From: Candidatus Gottesmanbacteria bacterium
Lineage (GTDB): Bacteria > Patescibacteriota > Microgenomatia > UBA10105 > UBA927
NCBI GenBank assembly: GCA_016214885.1
Contig: JACRMP010000037.1
Coordinates: 7,675-71,674 of the forward strand
DNA: 64,000 bases
Direction: 5' to 3'
Under the pieces are notes generated by a model. It searched no databases and was not told the origin of the DNA. It saw only the letters and a list, made by a program, of their open reading frames with translations. The translations under genes and the position numbers were made by a program. Below, piece after piece: positions 17,371 through 27,756 of this stretch (positions are counted from its first letter, which is position 1; every line of letters begins with the position of its first letter).

Positions 17371-19628
17371 CAAAAACATCATTCCCCATTATCGGTATGC
17401 ATTGCGCCAGCTGCGCCCGGCTTATCGAACGCCAGCTCAAAAAAACACCAGGAGTGTCAGAGGCTGCAGTAAACTATGGTTCTGAACAGGCAAGCGTTGA
17501 ATTTGATGCCTCTGTGGCAACACCCAATGCTTTAGCAGGCGCCGTCGCAGCAGCAGGCTATAAAGCAATTATAGGGGACACACCCCAAAAAACTGCATCC
17601 GGTTCCGTTATGACACCCGACGACATTAAAGAAGAAGCCAAAAGCCGCGAACTTGCCGAGCTGAAAACAAAAGTCATCGTTTCGGGGATATTAAGCGCCT
17701 TCATTATGTTGGGGAGCTTTCCCGAGTGGTTTACCGGTATTTTTTCCGGTATCAGCTCCATCTATGCGTTTTTAGCGGCTCCCGCCACTCTACTCCTTCT
17801 CACCATTCCCGTGCAATTCTGGGCAGGTAAATCGTTTTATCAGGCAACATGGTCAGGACTCAAAAACAGAACGGCGAGTATGGATACCCTTATTGCGATA
17901 GGAACCACTGCGGCATTTGGCTATTCACTACTCACCACTCTATTTCCTGAGCCTCTGGAAGCGCTCGGTGTTCCCATGACCATGTACTATGACACCGCAG
18001 CCGTAATTATTACGCTTATTCTGCTCGGGCGCTACCTGGAAGCCAAGGCGAAAGCCCATACGTCTGATGCCATCAAAAAACTCCTTCATCTCCAGGCAAA
18101 AACAGCAAGAGTGGTTCGGGGCGGCAAAGAAATTGATATCCCCATAGATCAGGTAAAAAAGGGAGATAGTATCAGAGTGCGCCCGGGTGAAAAAATTCCG
18201 GTTGACGGCACCATTACCGAAGGATCAAGCTCCGTTGATGAATCTATGGTTACCGGCGAATCCATTCCGGTCGATAAAAAACAGGGAGATATTGTTATCG
18301 GAGCGACGATAAATCGAACTGGCACATTCCTCTTTACTGCAACCAAAGTCGGTAACGAAACCCTACTGTCTCAAATTGTCACGATGGTGTCGGAAGCCCA
18401 AAGTTCACGGGCCCCTATCCAACGGCTTGCTGACGTTGTTTCGGGTTATTTCGTTCCGGTGGTGCTCATGCTTTCCGTCGCTACTTTTGTTATCTGGTAC
18501 GACGTTGGCCTCCCCACCCAGGCATTTGTAAATCTTATTGCGGTGCTTATCATCGCCTGCCCGTGCGCCCTAGGGCTTGCCACACCAACTGCCATTATGG
18601 TCGGTACCGGCAGAGGCGCGGAGCGCGGAGTGCTTATTAAAGATGCTGAGGCGCTGGAAACTGCCCACAAAATCAGGGTTGCGGTCTTTGATAAAACAGG
18701 TACGCTTACCCGCGGTAAACCAACCGTCACCGATATTATTTCCGTCGCAAAAACAAGCGATGGTGAGGTGCTGTCACTTGCCGCTTCACTCGAAAAAGGC
18801 TCAGAGCACTCGTTGGCAGAGGCAATCGTAACAGCAGCCACGGAACAAAATCTGACGCTTACCAAACCTCACGCATTTCAGGCAATCGCCGGTCACGGCG
18901 TGACGGGAAGTGTTAACGGCAAATCACTCGCCCTGGGGAACCGACTACTCATGACACGCCAGTCAGTTATCTATAACACTCACGAAAAGAAAATTGCGGC
19001 GCTGGAAACACAGGGGAAAACCGTGATGCTTCTTGCATCAGAAAAACAGCTCCTCGGTCTTATTGCAGTTGCCGATACGCTGAAAAATGATGCTAAAGAC
19101 ATGGTTGTTGCTCTCAAAAAACTACATATAAGCGTCTGGATGATTACCGGAGATAACGAGCGGACTGCAAACGCTATAGCGAAACAAGCCGGCATCGATA
19201 ATGTACTCGCAGGCGTCCTCCCACAGGAAAAAGCACAAAAAATCAAAGAACTCAAAGCCAAAAATACATTTGTAGCTTTTGCCGGTGACGGTATTAATGA
19301 CGCGCCAGCTCTTGCAGGAGCAGACGTAGGGATAGCGATGGGAACAGGCACTGATGTCGCCATAGAATCTGCCGGCATTACGCTGCTTAATAAGGACTTA
19401 CGAAGCGTCGTTACTGCCATCAAACTCTCCAAAGCAACCCTTTCAATCATTAAACAGAATTTATTCTGGGCTTTTGCGTATAACGTAGTATTGATCCCTG
19501 TTGCCGCAGGAACTCTCTACCCTATCACCGGATGGCTTCTCAATCCTGCACTTGCCGCATTTGCCATGGCGGCCAGTAGCATTTCTGTTGTAGGAAACTC
19601 TTTGCGGCTCAAAAATGCGAAGATTTAA
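17367..19628 (+). CDS. copA: Copper-translocating P1B-type ATPase
   Basis: GMHCASC, TGES, CPC, DKTGT, GDGIND, YN and MAASS motifs. Confidence 0.96.
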   Translation: MTKTSFPIIGMHCASCARLIERQLKKTPGVSEAAVNYGSEQASVEFDASVATPNALAGAVAAAGYKAIIGDTPQKTASGSVMTPDDIKEEAKSRELAELKTKVIVSGILSAFIMLGSFPEWFTGIFSGISSIYAFLAAPATLLLLTIPVQFWAGKSFYQATWSGLKNRTASMDTLIAIGTTAAFGYSLLTTLFPEPLEALGVPMTMYYDTAAVIITLILLGRYLEAKAKAHTSDAIKKLLHLQAKTARVVRGGKEIDIPIDQVKKGDSIRVRPGEKIPVDGTITEGSSSVDESMVTGESIPVDKKQGDIVIGATINRTGTFLFTATKVGNETLLSQIVTMVSEAQSSRAPIQRLADVVSGYFVPVVLMLSVATFVIWYDVGLPTQAFVNLIAVLIIACPCALGLATPTAIMVGTGRGAERGVLIKDAEALETAHKIRVAVFDKTGTLTRGKPTVTDIISVAKTSDGEVLSLAASLEKGSEHSLAEAIVTAATEQNLTLTKPHAFQAIAGHGVTGSVNGKSLALGNRLLMTRQSVIYNTHEKKIAALETQGKTVMLLASEKQLLGLIAVADTLKNDAKDMVVALKKLHISVWMITGDNERTANAIAKQAGIDNVLAGVLPQEKAQKIKELKAKNTFVAFAGDGINDAPALAGADVGIAMGTGTDVAIESAGITLLNKDLRSVVTAIKLSKATLSIIKQNLFWAFAYNVVLIPVAAGTLYPITGWLLNPALAAFAMAASSISVVGNSLRLKNAKI

Positions 19629-20278
19629 CGGATTTCCGCTTTAAGTTTGTCGGGGTCTTTCACGATGAGCAGCCTTCCGCGGGTCGCAAGGAATCCTTTT
19701 TTCACCAGATTTTCTACCTGTAGACTCGCCGTCTCCCGGGTGGTGCCGATCCATGAGGCAATTTCCCGGTGGGTCAACGGGATGGAAAGTGCAATCCCTT
19801 TGGGGGTTACTTCCCCGAAATTTTCCGCATAATACAACAAGAGAAGAATTGTTTTAGTGTACGCGTCATCCAGCACCAGCTGCGCAACTCTACTTACAAA
19901 ACCGGAAAGCCCTAACGCCAACCGCTGGGTTGCATAAAAAAGCGCTTCGGGATGGTCTTTAAGAAATGTAAGAAATGCATCCTTCGGCGCACGCACTACA
20001 GAGACGGCAGTGATAGCTTCAAAATGATACACGTTCGGCGTGTCATTCAGTATCCAGGTTAACGGAAAAAATGATCCCGGCTTATAAATATGAACGATAA
20101 ACGTTTCCCCTGACGGCGAAAGCAGGTACTGCCGCACATATCCGGTTTTGAGGTAATACACGCCAAACGGCATATCCTCGGCGCGCAGAATAAACTCACC
20201 TTTTTTGTACGTCATGGACGAATAATGCGCGAAGAATCCGTCAATATTTTTGACTGCCTTAGGATCTGTGTTAGCCAT
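19625..20278 (-). CDS. Crp/Fnr family transcriptional regulator
   Basis: cNMP-binding fold plus [21 protein letters not shown]. The start could be 20278 or 20287. Confidence 0.9.
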   Translation of the reverse strand: MANTDPKAVKNIDGFFAHYSSMTYKKGEFILRAEDMPFGVYYLKTGYVRQYLLSPSGETFIVHIYKPGSFFPLTWILNDTPNVYHFEAITAVSVVRAPKDAFLTFLKDHPEALFYATQRLALGLSGFVSRVAQLVLDDAYTKTILLLLYYAENFGEVTPKGIALSIPLTHREIASWIGTTRETASLQVENLVKKGFLATRGRLLIVKDPDKLKAEIR

Positions 20279-20365
20279 ATCTAACAACTAGTATACACCC
20301 ATACGTCACAATTTGTGTGTAAGGTGTCTAACATTTTTTCTCCACAAAATATGTATACTTATACT

Positions 20366-20809
20366 ATGCCTAAATCATCTTCAGAAACACGCATTCTCAT
20401 GCTTAATAGAATTATATTTTTCCTTTCACTCATTGGTATTGTCATCGCCATTTACGTCACCCAGAGTTTTATCCGGAAAACCGGCATCGTTTGTGTCACC
20501 AGTGGTTGTGAATTAGTGCGGAAAAGTCCCGCGAGCTACTTATTCGGCACTATCCCCGTTCCCGCAGTTGGACTTGTCGGCTATGCCGCTCTGACAACAC
20601 TGGCATTTCTCCGGACAGCCAAACGCAAATCCTGGATGCTGAAAACCATGTTGGGTGTAGCCACATTTGGCGTCTTATTTGTTTCGTGGTTTACCTACGT
20701 GGAGCTTACGGTGATCAAAGGAGTATGTACCTGGTGTGCCATATCGGCAGTCAACATGGTTATCATCTTTCTCTTGCTCCTCAAAAGTCATACACTGGAA
20801 AAAAGCTAA
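20366..20809 (+). CDS. Vitamin K epoxide reductase (VKOR) family protein
   Basis: C-x4-C..V..S loop and C-terminal CTWC; TM helices; probable leaderless start at 20366. Confidence 0.88.
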   Translation: MPKSSSETRILMLNRIIFFLSLIGIVIAIYVTQSFIRKTGIVCVTSGCELVRKSPASYLFGTIPVPAVGLVGYAALTTLAFLRTAKRKSWMLKTMLGVATFGVLFVSWFTYVELTVIKGVCTWCAISAVNMVIIFLLLLKSHTLEKS

Positions 20810-20829
20810 TTTAAAAAGGAGGAACTTGT

Positions 20830-21585
20830 ATGTTTAACCTTACCGGAAAAGTTGCCATAGTCACCGGAGCATCTAGCGGCATTGGAAGAGCAACAGCAAT
20901 TGCCTTAGCCTCCCAGGGAGCCAAAGTGGTTGCCGCCGCCCGCCGCATGGATAAACTGGAAACCCTCGTCGAAGAAATAAAACACCAGGGATATGAAGCG
21001 CTGGCTGTCGGCATGGACGTCACGAAGCGTGCGGATGTGGATAGAATGGTAACTCTTGCGGCTACTTCATACGGCAAGCTCGATATTTTGGTCAATAACG
21101 CGGGATATCTTGACTACTCCCCTTTCCTGGATATGAAAGAGGAAGCGTGGGACAAGGTGATGGACACCAACCTCAAGGGGTATTTTTATGCAGCGCAGTC
21201 AGCCGCCCGTGAGATGGCCAAAACAAAATGGGGACGCATTATAAATATCGCTTCCATTGCCTCAGGAGGGGTAGGTGTAGGCTTTCCGCAGATATCACAC
21301 TATGTAGCCAGCAAAGGAGGCGTCATCGGACTTACAGAGGCACTGGCAGGCGAACTCGGCCCCATGGGAATAACCGTTAATGCCATAGGTCCCGGCGGCG
21401 TAACAACAGAGATGACCGGAAATATGACAGATGCACAACTTACCGGTTTAACTGCGCGCCTCCCCATCAAACGAATGGGAACAGCGGAAGAAATTGCCGC
21501 AGCGGTTGTCTATTTTGCATCAGAGGAAGCAGCCTACACCACCGGAGCCACTCTGTATGTCGATGGCGGCTGGCTTACGACCTAA
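20830..21585 (+). CDS. Short-chain dehydrogenase/reductase (FabG-like)
   Basis: TGASSGIG, NNAG and YVASK motifs. Confidence 0.9.
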   Translation: MFNLTGKVAIVTGASSGIGRATAIALASQGAKVVAAARRMDKLETLVEEIKHQGYEALAVGMDVTKRADVDRMVTLAATSYGKLDILVNNAGYLDYSPFLDMKEEAWDKVMDTNLKGYFYAAQSAAREMAKTKWGRIINIASIASGGVGVGFPQISHYVASKGGVIGLTEALAGELGPMGITVNAIGPGGVTTEMTGNMTDAQLTGLTARLPIKRMGTAEEIAAAVVYFASEEAAYTTGATLYVDGGWLTT

Positions 21586-22265
21586 AGATAGAGAGCTACC
21601 GTCATATTCCAAAAAACGTGGACAAGTATCGGGGCGATCAGAGAACCGGTGTTATATAAAAGGAGCGCGTTAGCAAACCCCAATACAAAGTCGGTCACAA
21701 AAAACATAAGGAGTACCACTCCCGTTAACTTCGACGAAAACGCAAGAATCGGCACATGCAGTACGACAAACATAAGCGTAGATATAGCCGCGGCATAAAT
21801 GAGGCTTTTTTTTCCCTCAATGAGACGCGTGAATACAAATCCACGGCTTAATAATTCCTCGGAGAATGCAGTCGCGGCAGACAGCAGAAGCAGCATTCCC
21901 AATCCATACTCCTGGAATGCGGCAATGGGCATAATCTCGATTTTCCCGTACTTAATGGCGTTGGCAAACAATCCCTCTATCGCAAACACAAATCCAAAAC
22001 CTAAACCGATATATATGCTCGTAAACAAATTCTTCCCGGTTAATCCCACCGACGACAGTCCCCGCTTCTCACGGGTACGCACATACCAAATAACCGGAAG
22101 TGCAAATACCATGGGTTTAAATATGAACTCGTCCGCCCACTCCGGAAGCTTAAAAAAATACCGGTAAAGTGCCCATACCAAAACAATCCATCCCCACACC
22201 CGGTACATTTTTTCCGTGACACTAACGGTTTCCTGGCTGCCTTGGGCAGATATACTATTTTTCAT
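21582..22265 (-). CDS. CPBP (CAAX/Abi) intramembrane metalloprotease
   Basis: EELLSRG, F..LH and H..WN motifs; multiple TM helices. Confidence 0.88.
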   Translation of the reverse strand: MKNSISAQGSQETVSVTEKMYRVWGWIVLVWALYRYFFKLPEWADEFIFKPMVFALPVIWYVRTREKRGLSSVGLTGKNLFTSIYIGLGFGFVFAIEGLFANAIKYGKIEIMPIAAFQEYGLGMLLLLSAATAFSEELLSRGFVFTRLIEGKKSLIYAAAISTLMFVVLHVPILAFSSKLTGVVLLMFFVTDFVLGFANALLLYNTGSLIAPILVHVFWNMTVALYL

Positions 22266-22297
22266 GTCTATAATTACGATACCCCGCCGACTAACCC

Positions 22298-22801
22298 CTA
22301 TGCAAGCGGCGCTTTATTATTTTTCCTCGGGCGGGTCAAATCAACGGCGTCCGTCATCGTTATGATGATCATATCAATAAGGTCTTTAGCCTCACTATGA
22401 CTTAACCGGCTCACATTATGGGGGAAATAATGGAACACAAGATTTCTTCCCGATTTCCATGTATTCCACAACGTATCAGCGAGAATTTTACCGTACCGCT
22501 TTGAGATGTGCCCGTATGCACTCTTCTCCCCCAGCCTCCGTACAAGATTCGGACTCAACACTTTCCCTACACGAAAGTGCTTACTCTGATACTCACGTTC
22601 AGTGATAACCGATAAATCGAGAAATAATTGCTTCAGAAAGCCCTCATACAACTTGGCAAAGGGAAACACGAGGTAGGAGTAGTCGCTGAGGTACTCATTG
22701 GGATGCCGCTCCCTATCTTCCAAAAGCAATTGCCCATCGGTTGCCAGCTGCTTTTGGGTAACACTCAGATACTGCCACAACAATGAGCCCTCGGGAATCA
22801 T
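22298..22801 (-). CDS. HEPN-domain protein (RNase LS/RnlA C-terminal-like)
   Basis: DYS...P..K.YEGFLK and the R-x4-H motif RNLVFH. Confidence 0.65.
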   Translation of the reverse strand: MIPEGSLLWQYLSVTQKQLATDGQLLLEDRERHPNEYLSDYSYLVFPFAKLYEGFLKQLFLDLSVITEREYQSKHFRVGKVLSPNLVRRLGEKSAYGHISKRYGKILADTLWNTWKSGRNLVFHYFPHNVSRLSHSEAKDLIDMIIITMTDAVDLTRPRKNNKAPLA

Positions 22802-22803
22802 AG

Positions 22804-23265
22804 TTAACGGATAAATATAAATGTTTCCACAAAAAACAAAACGGCAGAAATAATAATAATAGACCGTTGCGTTGCTACGGGCACAACGCCTGCTACCATA
22901 CGGTACCAGCTATCGGTATTTCCTTTCATGCGCCACTCACCCACCTGCCAAAGCAACATCTGCAGAAAAATAGATAACACAAGTCCGCTTCCTATTGTTC
23001 CGGTTGAACTGGTCACCACAAAAAAAGCAACTATAGCAAAGAGCGCTCCAAACACAACGGATCGGAACGGTGAAGGTTGAAGTGCAAAAAACACTTCAGC
23101 GGCATCCAGGAAAAAAAGCCCTATGGCTCCGCCCAAAAAGAACCATATCGCTTCAACAGATGGCTGGGTGAACCATTTAACAATACCGACGCTTAACAAG
23201 TAAACGAGGGTGATATGTATAAAAATCCTCGGTTTTTGCCGGATGATAGCCTTAATGCTCTCCAT
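22804..23265 (-). CDS. Hypothetical membrane protein
   Basis: 153 aa with about 4-5 hydrophobic helices. Confidence 0.75.
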   Translation of the reverse strand: MESIKAIIRQKPRIFIHITLVYLLSVGIVKWFTQPSVEAIWFFLGGAIGLFFLDAAEVFFALQPSPFRSVVFGALFAIVAFFVVTSSTGTIGSGLVLSIFLQMLLWQVGEWRMKGNTDSWYRMVAGVVPVATQRSIIIISAVLFFVETFIFIR

Positions 23266-23277
23266 ATAATCATTGTA

Positions 23278-23535
23278 CTATTCGCTTTTTCTCAGCTCTT
23301 TCATTTTCCACATAAATAATTTTGCTTTGCTTGTGGCTCTGGCGTCTTTCACAAACGACAGTGCTTTTTCCAATATCGCCCTTGGCACGGTTTTTGCCAG
23401 ACGGATATAAAGTGATTTATGCTTATAGTCCCCTAGTGTTTCGGCAAGATATATCCCATACGCCTGAAACTCACGGGATATATATTTATCCTCAATAGGA
23501 TTAAATAAGGAGAGGATGGTGCTCACTTTTTGCAT
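23278..23535 (-). CDS. Small basic hypothetical protein
   Basis: 85 aa, tightly packed in the operon after pth. Confidence 0.7.
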   Translation of the reverse strand: MQKVSTILSLFNPIEDKYISREFQAYGIYLAETLGDYKHKSLYIRLAKTVPRAILEKALSFVKDARATSKAKLFMWKMKELRKSE

Positions 23536-23537
23536 GG

Positions 23538-24128
23538 TTAGTTAAACCTATTCATTGCGCGGTCGATTCCCTTAAATAACCCCACCCGCACCGCCTCTAC
23601 CCCATGGGCAACCAAATGCTTAAATTCCCCCGCTTCACTTCTGCCAAACTTGGACAAGACAAACCGGATAACCGAAGACTGATGCAACTGCCGGTCAGCT
23701 GCCACCGTACCACCGCTTTTTACTTTTCCGATTCCTAATCTTACCCGCACGAACTTGTCACTCCCCAACTCTTTAATAATTGAGTCTATACCATGGTGAC
23801 CAGCCGAGGCGCCCCCCACTCGGATGCGGATTTTCCCCAGTGGAAGATCGAGGTCGTCATGGATGACCCAAACATCCTCAGGTTTCATTTTATAAAAATC
23901 AATGATTTTTCTCACCGCTACCCCACTTGCGTTCATAAATGTTGTCGGCTTAGCGAGCACTACTTCCCCTGTTTTAGCCATCTCTGCCACAAGCTTTTGC
24001 GATGTTTCCCACACCACATCGGCGCCCCCTAATTCATGGGCAAGCTTATCGACCACCATAAACCCCACATTATGACGGGTATCTTTATACTTGTCTCCCG
24101 GGTTTCCTAATCCGACAATAAGTTTCAT
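23538..24128 (-). CDS. pth: Peptidyl-tRNA hydrolase
   Basis: GLGNPG, TRHNVG, KPTTFMN, HDDLD and GHHG motifs. Confidence 0.96.
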   Translation of the reverse strand: MKLIVGLGNPGDKYKDTRHNVGFMVVDKLAHELGGADVVWETSQKLVAEMAKTGEVVLAKPTTFMNASGVAVRKIIDFYKMKPEDVWVIHDDLDLPLGKIRIRVGGASAGHHGIDSIIKELGSDKFVRVRLGIGKVKSGGTVAADRQLHQSSVIRFVLSKFGRSEAGEFKHLVAHGVEAVRVGLFKGIDRAMNRFN

Positions 24129-24760
24129 ACAGTATCCCCCTCTAATAATTGTACCACCTCACCGTCGGTGACCTGACCAAATTCTTCGTAGCAGCTCCCT
24201 ACGGACGAAAATTCTTTCATTTCATGCAAAATAATAAGTTCATCCACCTCCGGACGGAGTTTTGTCGCCACACTATGCGGTGCTACGGGAAGTGCCGCGA
24301 TAATTTTCTTCGCCCGCTTTTTCCTTGCCCAAAGTATTGCGGCCTCCATCGTTGCTCCTGTCGCGGCACCATCATCCACAATGATGATGGTTTTATCGGC
24401 AACTGCTAATGGTTTTTTATCCCTGCGATAAGCAGCCATCAGTCGCTTTACGTCCGCTGAAAGGTCATTAACCGCCTTCTTCATATATTCTTCATCTGCC
24501 CCCATCCTATGAGCGTCCTTCCAGTGGATTAGGCTTACATGATCGGGTGCCACTGCCCCAAGCGCGAATTCAGGATCCAATTTGCTTGATAATTTCTTAA
24601 CGACGAGGACATCGAACGCTACCCCCAGGACCCCTGATATACCCTTGGCAGTCACAAGACCCCCCTTGGCTAATCCCAAAATAAGAACAGGTGGCGTCCG
24701 ATACGCCAGTAGTTTATCGGCAAGAAGAATACCCGCATCCAGTCTGTTTTTGAGTAACAC
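24125..24760 (-). CDS. Phosphoribosyltransferase family protein
   Basis: PRPP-binding motif IIVDDGAATGAT; GTG start. Confidence 0.85.
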   Translation of the reverse strand: MLLKNRLDAGILLADKLLAYRTPPVLILGLAKGGLVTAKGISGVLGVAFDVLVVKKLSSKLDPEFALGAVAPDHVSLIHWKDAHRMGADEEYMKKAVNDLSADVKRLMAAYRRDKKPLAVADKTIIIVDDGAATGATMEAAILWARKKRAKKIIAALPVAPHSVATKLRPEVDELIILHEMKEFSSVGSCYEEFGQVTDGEVVQLLEGDTV

Positions 24761-24830
24761 GTGATTAGCACCCGTATCGAGTCACCTTGCTTTTTACCTG
24801 GTGCCAATCATGTGTTGATCAACACACAAC

Positions 24831-25160
24831 TTATTTTCCCATTTTGGAAAGCTGCTTTTCAGCAAGATCTCCAACATAAGGAACCTTGTACATTTCTCCC
24901 TGGAATGCTTTCCACATACACACGATCCACAGGATAAATGACGTAAAGCTCAACAATAACCCAAGGAGCCATCCGATTATCGGAAGAAATCCGAGCGCGA
25001 TATTTGCAACAAACACTCCACCGAACAACACGGTAGACTGCATTGCATGAAAGCGAACGAATTTACTCTGCTTTTCCAAAAGCAGCATGATAATACCGGT
25101 AACAAACCCCAAAAGGTAGCTAACTGCTGCCATCATGTTTTCATTTCCTTTATCTGCCAT
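24831..25160 (-). CDS. Small membrane protein (DUF4870-like)
   Basis: FVRFHAMQS motif, 3 TM helices, YKVPYVG. Confidence 0.75.
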   Translation of the reverse strand: MADKGNENMMAAVSYLLGFVTGIIMLLLEKQSKFVRFHAMQSTVLFGGVFVANIALGFLPIIGWLLGLLLSFTSFILWIVCMWKAFQGEMYKVPYVGDLAEKQLSKMGK

Positions 25161-25231
25161 CTAATATCACCTCCAATTCTTAACTCCACCATACCATGTT
25201 TTTTTTCGATGCGTCAATCACGCTGATATAT

Positions 25232-26569
25232 TTACACCGGTAACGCCAACTGCTCCTTGTCACCACTCACTATCTTCGACCCGTCAGAACCCCAAATTTT
25301 AACCACACCAAAAACCCCATCGTACCCCGGATCTATGACGAGCTTACCCTGCCGCACAAGATGTATCCCCTCGGCAACCCGCTCCCCTGCTATTTTTGCT
25401 ATATCGGGAAGGGAAGCCCGGAGCAAGACAAAAAACTCATTACCCACTTCACTCGTAAGGCGCTTGTACGGTAAATCCACTTTGGGGCTCGTTGCCGGTG
25501 ATCCCAGGGCTTCGGCTATTATCTCCACCAAAGGCACCAGCATCACAAACGGCGGCCGGCGGGGAAAGACCGTGCTTCCGTACATTACCGTATCAGTACC
25601 AAAGGGTGTGCGTGCAATAACCGAGAGTCCCACCTCAGCGTCGGTCCGCGCCGCTAAATCATCTACCCGGTGCATAACACCTACGGTAAGTGGCTTCCCA
25701 CATACGGGACAGGTAGCACCTTTTTGCCGGGTTTCATCAGGTGTTTGTCGCACTCCGCATGACCGGTGCCCCGTATAGTGATACTTCCCCTCCTCGGGAT
25801 AAAATTCGATGGTATAAGCAATTGATGAAGCGCCAAGCCCTCTGATAGCTTCGTAAACCGCTCGGTAAGAAAGATTCCCTACTATGGTAAAAACGGTCGC
25901 TTCCCGCCCCAACTTTGGGCCGCTGTGTGCATCGGAGAACGACACGATAGCCCGGTTGTCTAGCTCCTTAATTCGCCAGTTCATCGCCGGATTGCTCGAC
26001 AACCCCGTTTCGACAGCGTATATATTTTTAGCAAACGAACCGAATGCTTCATCTATGCTATTAAATCCACCCAAACTTCCATAGACGCTAAACCACGGCG
26101 TCCAGGCATGGGCAGGGATAATAAGCGCTTCCGGCTCTATCGCAAAAACCAAATCGGCAATCTGTATGCTCGTTAGGCCAACAATCGGCCTGCCGTCGCT
26201 TAATAAATTGCAGCCTCTTTTTGTCATCTCCTGGCCTATTTTTCTTGCCGAAGCAATACTTGGCACCCAAATTAGGGTGTGTACGCGGCGCACTTTCCCT
26301 CCCTGTGAATAAATGCAGGATACTTCAGTAGCCAACAAAAATAACGGATCCCCTTCTGTGTTATTTTTCAACGCAAGAAGCCCGTTACCAGCCTCCACGA
26401 GATCCCGTTCAATTTCCCTAAACCACATCGGGTGCGTCCAGTCACCGGTAGCGACCAACCCTATCCCTTTCCGGCGTGCCCACTGGGCAATAGTAGACAG
26501 AGTCATTGCCGGAGAAACTGCCCGGGAAAATCTGGAGTGCAACTGAAGATCAGCGATAACCTCCGGCAT
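25232..26569 (-). CDS. Endonuclease Q family (PHP domain plus Zn finger)
   Basis: DLQLHSRFS, TGD, PAHAWTPW, ETGLS, SDAHS, GKYH..GH..C...CP.C and PGYDG motifs. Confidence 0.88.
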   Translation of the reverse strand: MPEVIADLQLHSRFSRAVSPAMTLSTIAQWARRKGIGLVATGDWTHPMWFREIERDLVEAGNGLLALKNNTEGDPLFLLATEVSCIYSQGGKVRRVHTLIWVPSIASARKIGQEMTKRGCNLLSDGRPIVGLTSIQIADLVFAIEPEALIIPAHAWTPWFSVYGSLGGFNSIDEAFGSFAKNIYAVETGLSSNPAMNWRIKELDNRAIVSFSDAHSGPKLGREATVFTIVGNLSYRAVYEAIRGLGASSIAYTIEFYPEEGKYHYTGHRSCGVRQTPDETRQKGATCPVCGKPLTVGVMHRVDDLAARTDAEVGLSVIARTPFGTDTVMYGSTVFPRRPPFVMLVPLVEIIAEALGSPATSPKVDLPYKRLTSEVGNEFFVLLRASLPDIAKIAGERVAEGIHLVRQGKLVIDPGYDGVFGVVKIWGSDGSKIVSGDKEQLALPV

Positions 26570-26578
26570 ACGTACCCG

Positions 26579-27730
26579 TTAGATAAGCTTTTTATAAAGG
26601 GTTTCCAATAACGTTAAGACCACCGGCTTATGATGGGCAAGACTTGCCGTACGGCTTTCCATCCCCATGTTTATCAGCTCTTTAGGATGTGCCGCAAAGT
26701 ATTCAAACGTATGTATGAGCCCGGTCACATCATATGTATCAATGAGCCGTCCGTTTTTACCGTTCACTAACTCCGGAAGCGCCCCTGAATTAGCGGCAAT
26801 AAGCGGCAACCCGCACGATATTGCCTGAAGCGCTACGATACTTTGCGTTTCCACGGGCGACATGATCACGAACGCATCTGCAAGCTGGTATAAATTAATA
26901 ATTTCTTTCTTATGGACTTCCCCTATCCAAGTAATATTTTTCATTCCGAGCGAGCGAGAGAGTCCCATAAGCTCTTCCCGCTGCTTCCCTACCCCCGCAA
27001 TAATAAGATGTATGGGAATTTTTACTCCCTTAGCAGCCCGGATAATTGTTTCTATATTTTTATCCCGGTCAAGTCGTCCGATATACAGGAATATCACCCT
27101 GTCGACGGGTAGCTTATACTTTCGTCGAAGAGCGGTGTATGAACCTTTTCTTGGAGCATACTCCGTTGTATCCACCCCGTTAGAAATCGGGTAAATGTTG
27201 TGGGATCTTCCCATAATTAAACCGAGCTCACTAGCCGCAGTTTTCGTAGGTACCATGATCGCATCATAAAATGCATAAAGAACACGGACATACAGCTTCA
27301 TGAACGGCACGCTAATCCAGCGGATAGCGGGAGGCGCCAGCTTTTCTATCTGCGACCAGGAAAAGTGCTCAGCTCCTACGGTGGGCTTACGGAACAGTTT
27401 TGCCAAAAACAGTGCGGTCACCCCAAGTGAACCCGGCTCCTGTATATGGACAATATCGATGCGTTTATGACGGAATGCCCGCCACAACACGCCAAAACCT
27501 AGAGGAAAAACGGTCATGGATTTATTCACGACAAGTGAATCGGTAACTCCCGGGGTAAAAAGTAGCTCCATACCCGGGACAAGACGTGGCGTATATGGGA
27601 TAAGGGGCTTTGGACAAACTACCGTCACGTGATGCCCTTTACCGGCCATATACCGGGCAATTGAGTCGGTTGAGGTGGCAACCCCGCTTACCGTCGGCAA
27701 ATACACATCAGAAACCAAAAGAATATGCAT
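26579..27730 (-). CDS. Glycosyltransferase family 4
   Basis: D.YLP..SGV, NGVD, GRLDRDK and ETQSIVALQA motifs. Confidence 0.88.
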   Translation of the reverse strand: MHILLVSDVYLPTVSGVATSTDSIARYMAGKGHHVTVVCPKPLIPYTPRLVPGMELLFTPGVTDSLVVNKSMTVFPLGFGVLWRAFRHKRIDIVHIQEPGSLGVTALFLAKLFRKPTVGAEHFSWSQIEKLAPPAIRWISVPFMKLYVRVLYAFYDAIMVPTKTAASELGLIMGRSHNIYPISNGVDTTEYAPRKGSYTALRRKYKLPVDRVIFLYIGRLDRDKNIETIIRAAKGVKIPIHLIIAGVGKQREELMGLSRSLGMKNITWIGEVHKKEIINLYQLADAFVIMSPVETQSIVALQAISCGLPLIAANSGALPELVNGKNGRLIDTYDVTGLIHTFEYFAAHPKELINMGMESRTASLAHHKPVVLTLLETLYKKLI

Positions 27731-27756
27731 GATGTGCAGTTAGTATATCACGGGGT

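Noticed and set aside
15921-19450. Long antisense ORFs over the copper genes (e.g. 15921-16640, 18446-18865, 18980-19450)
   Set aside because: They lie fully opposite well-supported genes and show no motifs; typical codon-bias shadows.
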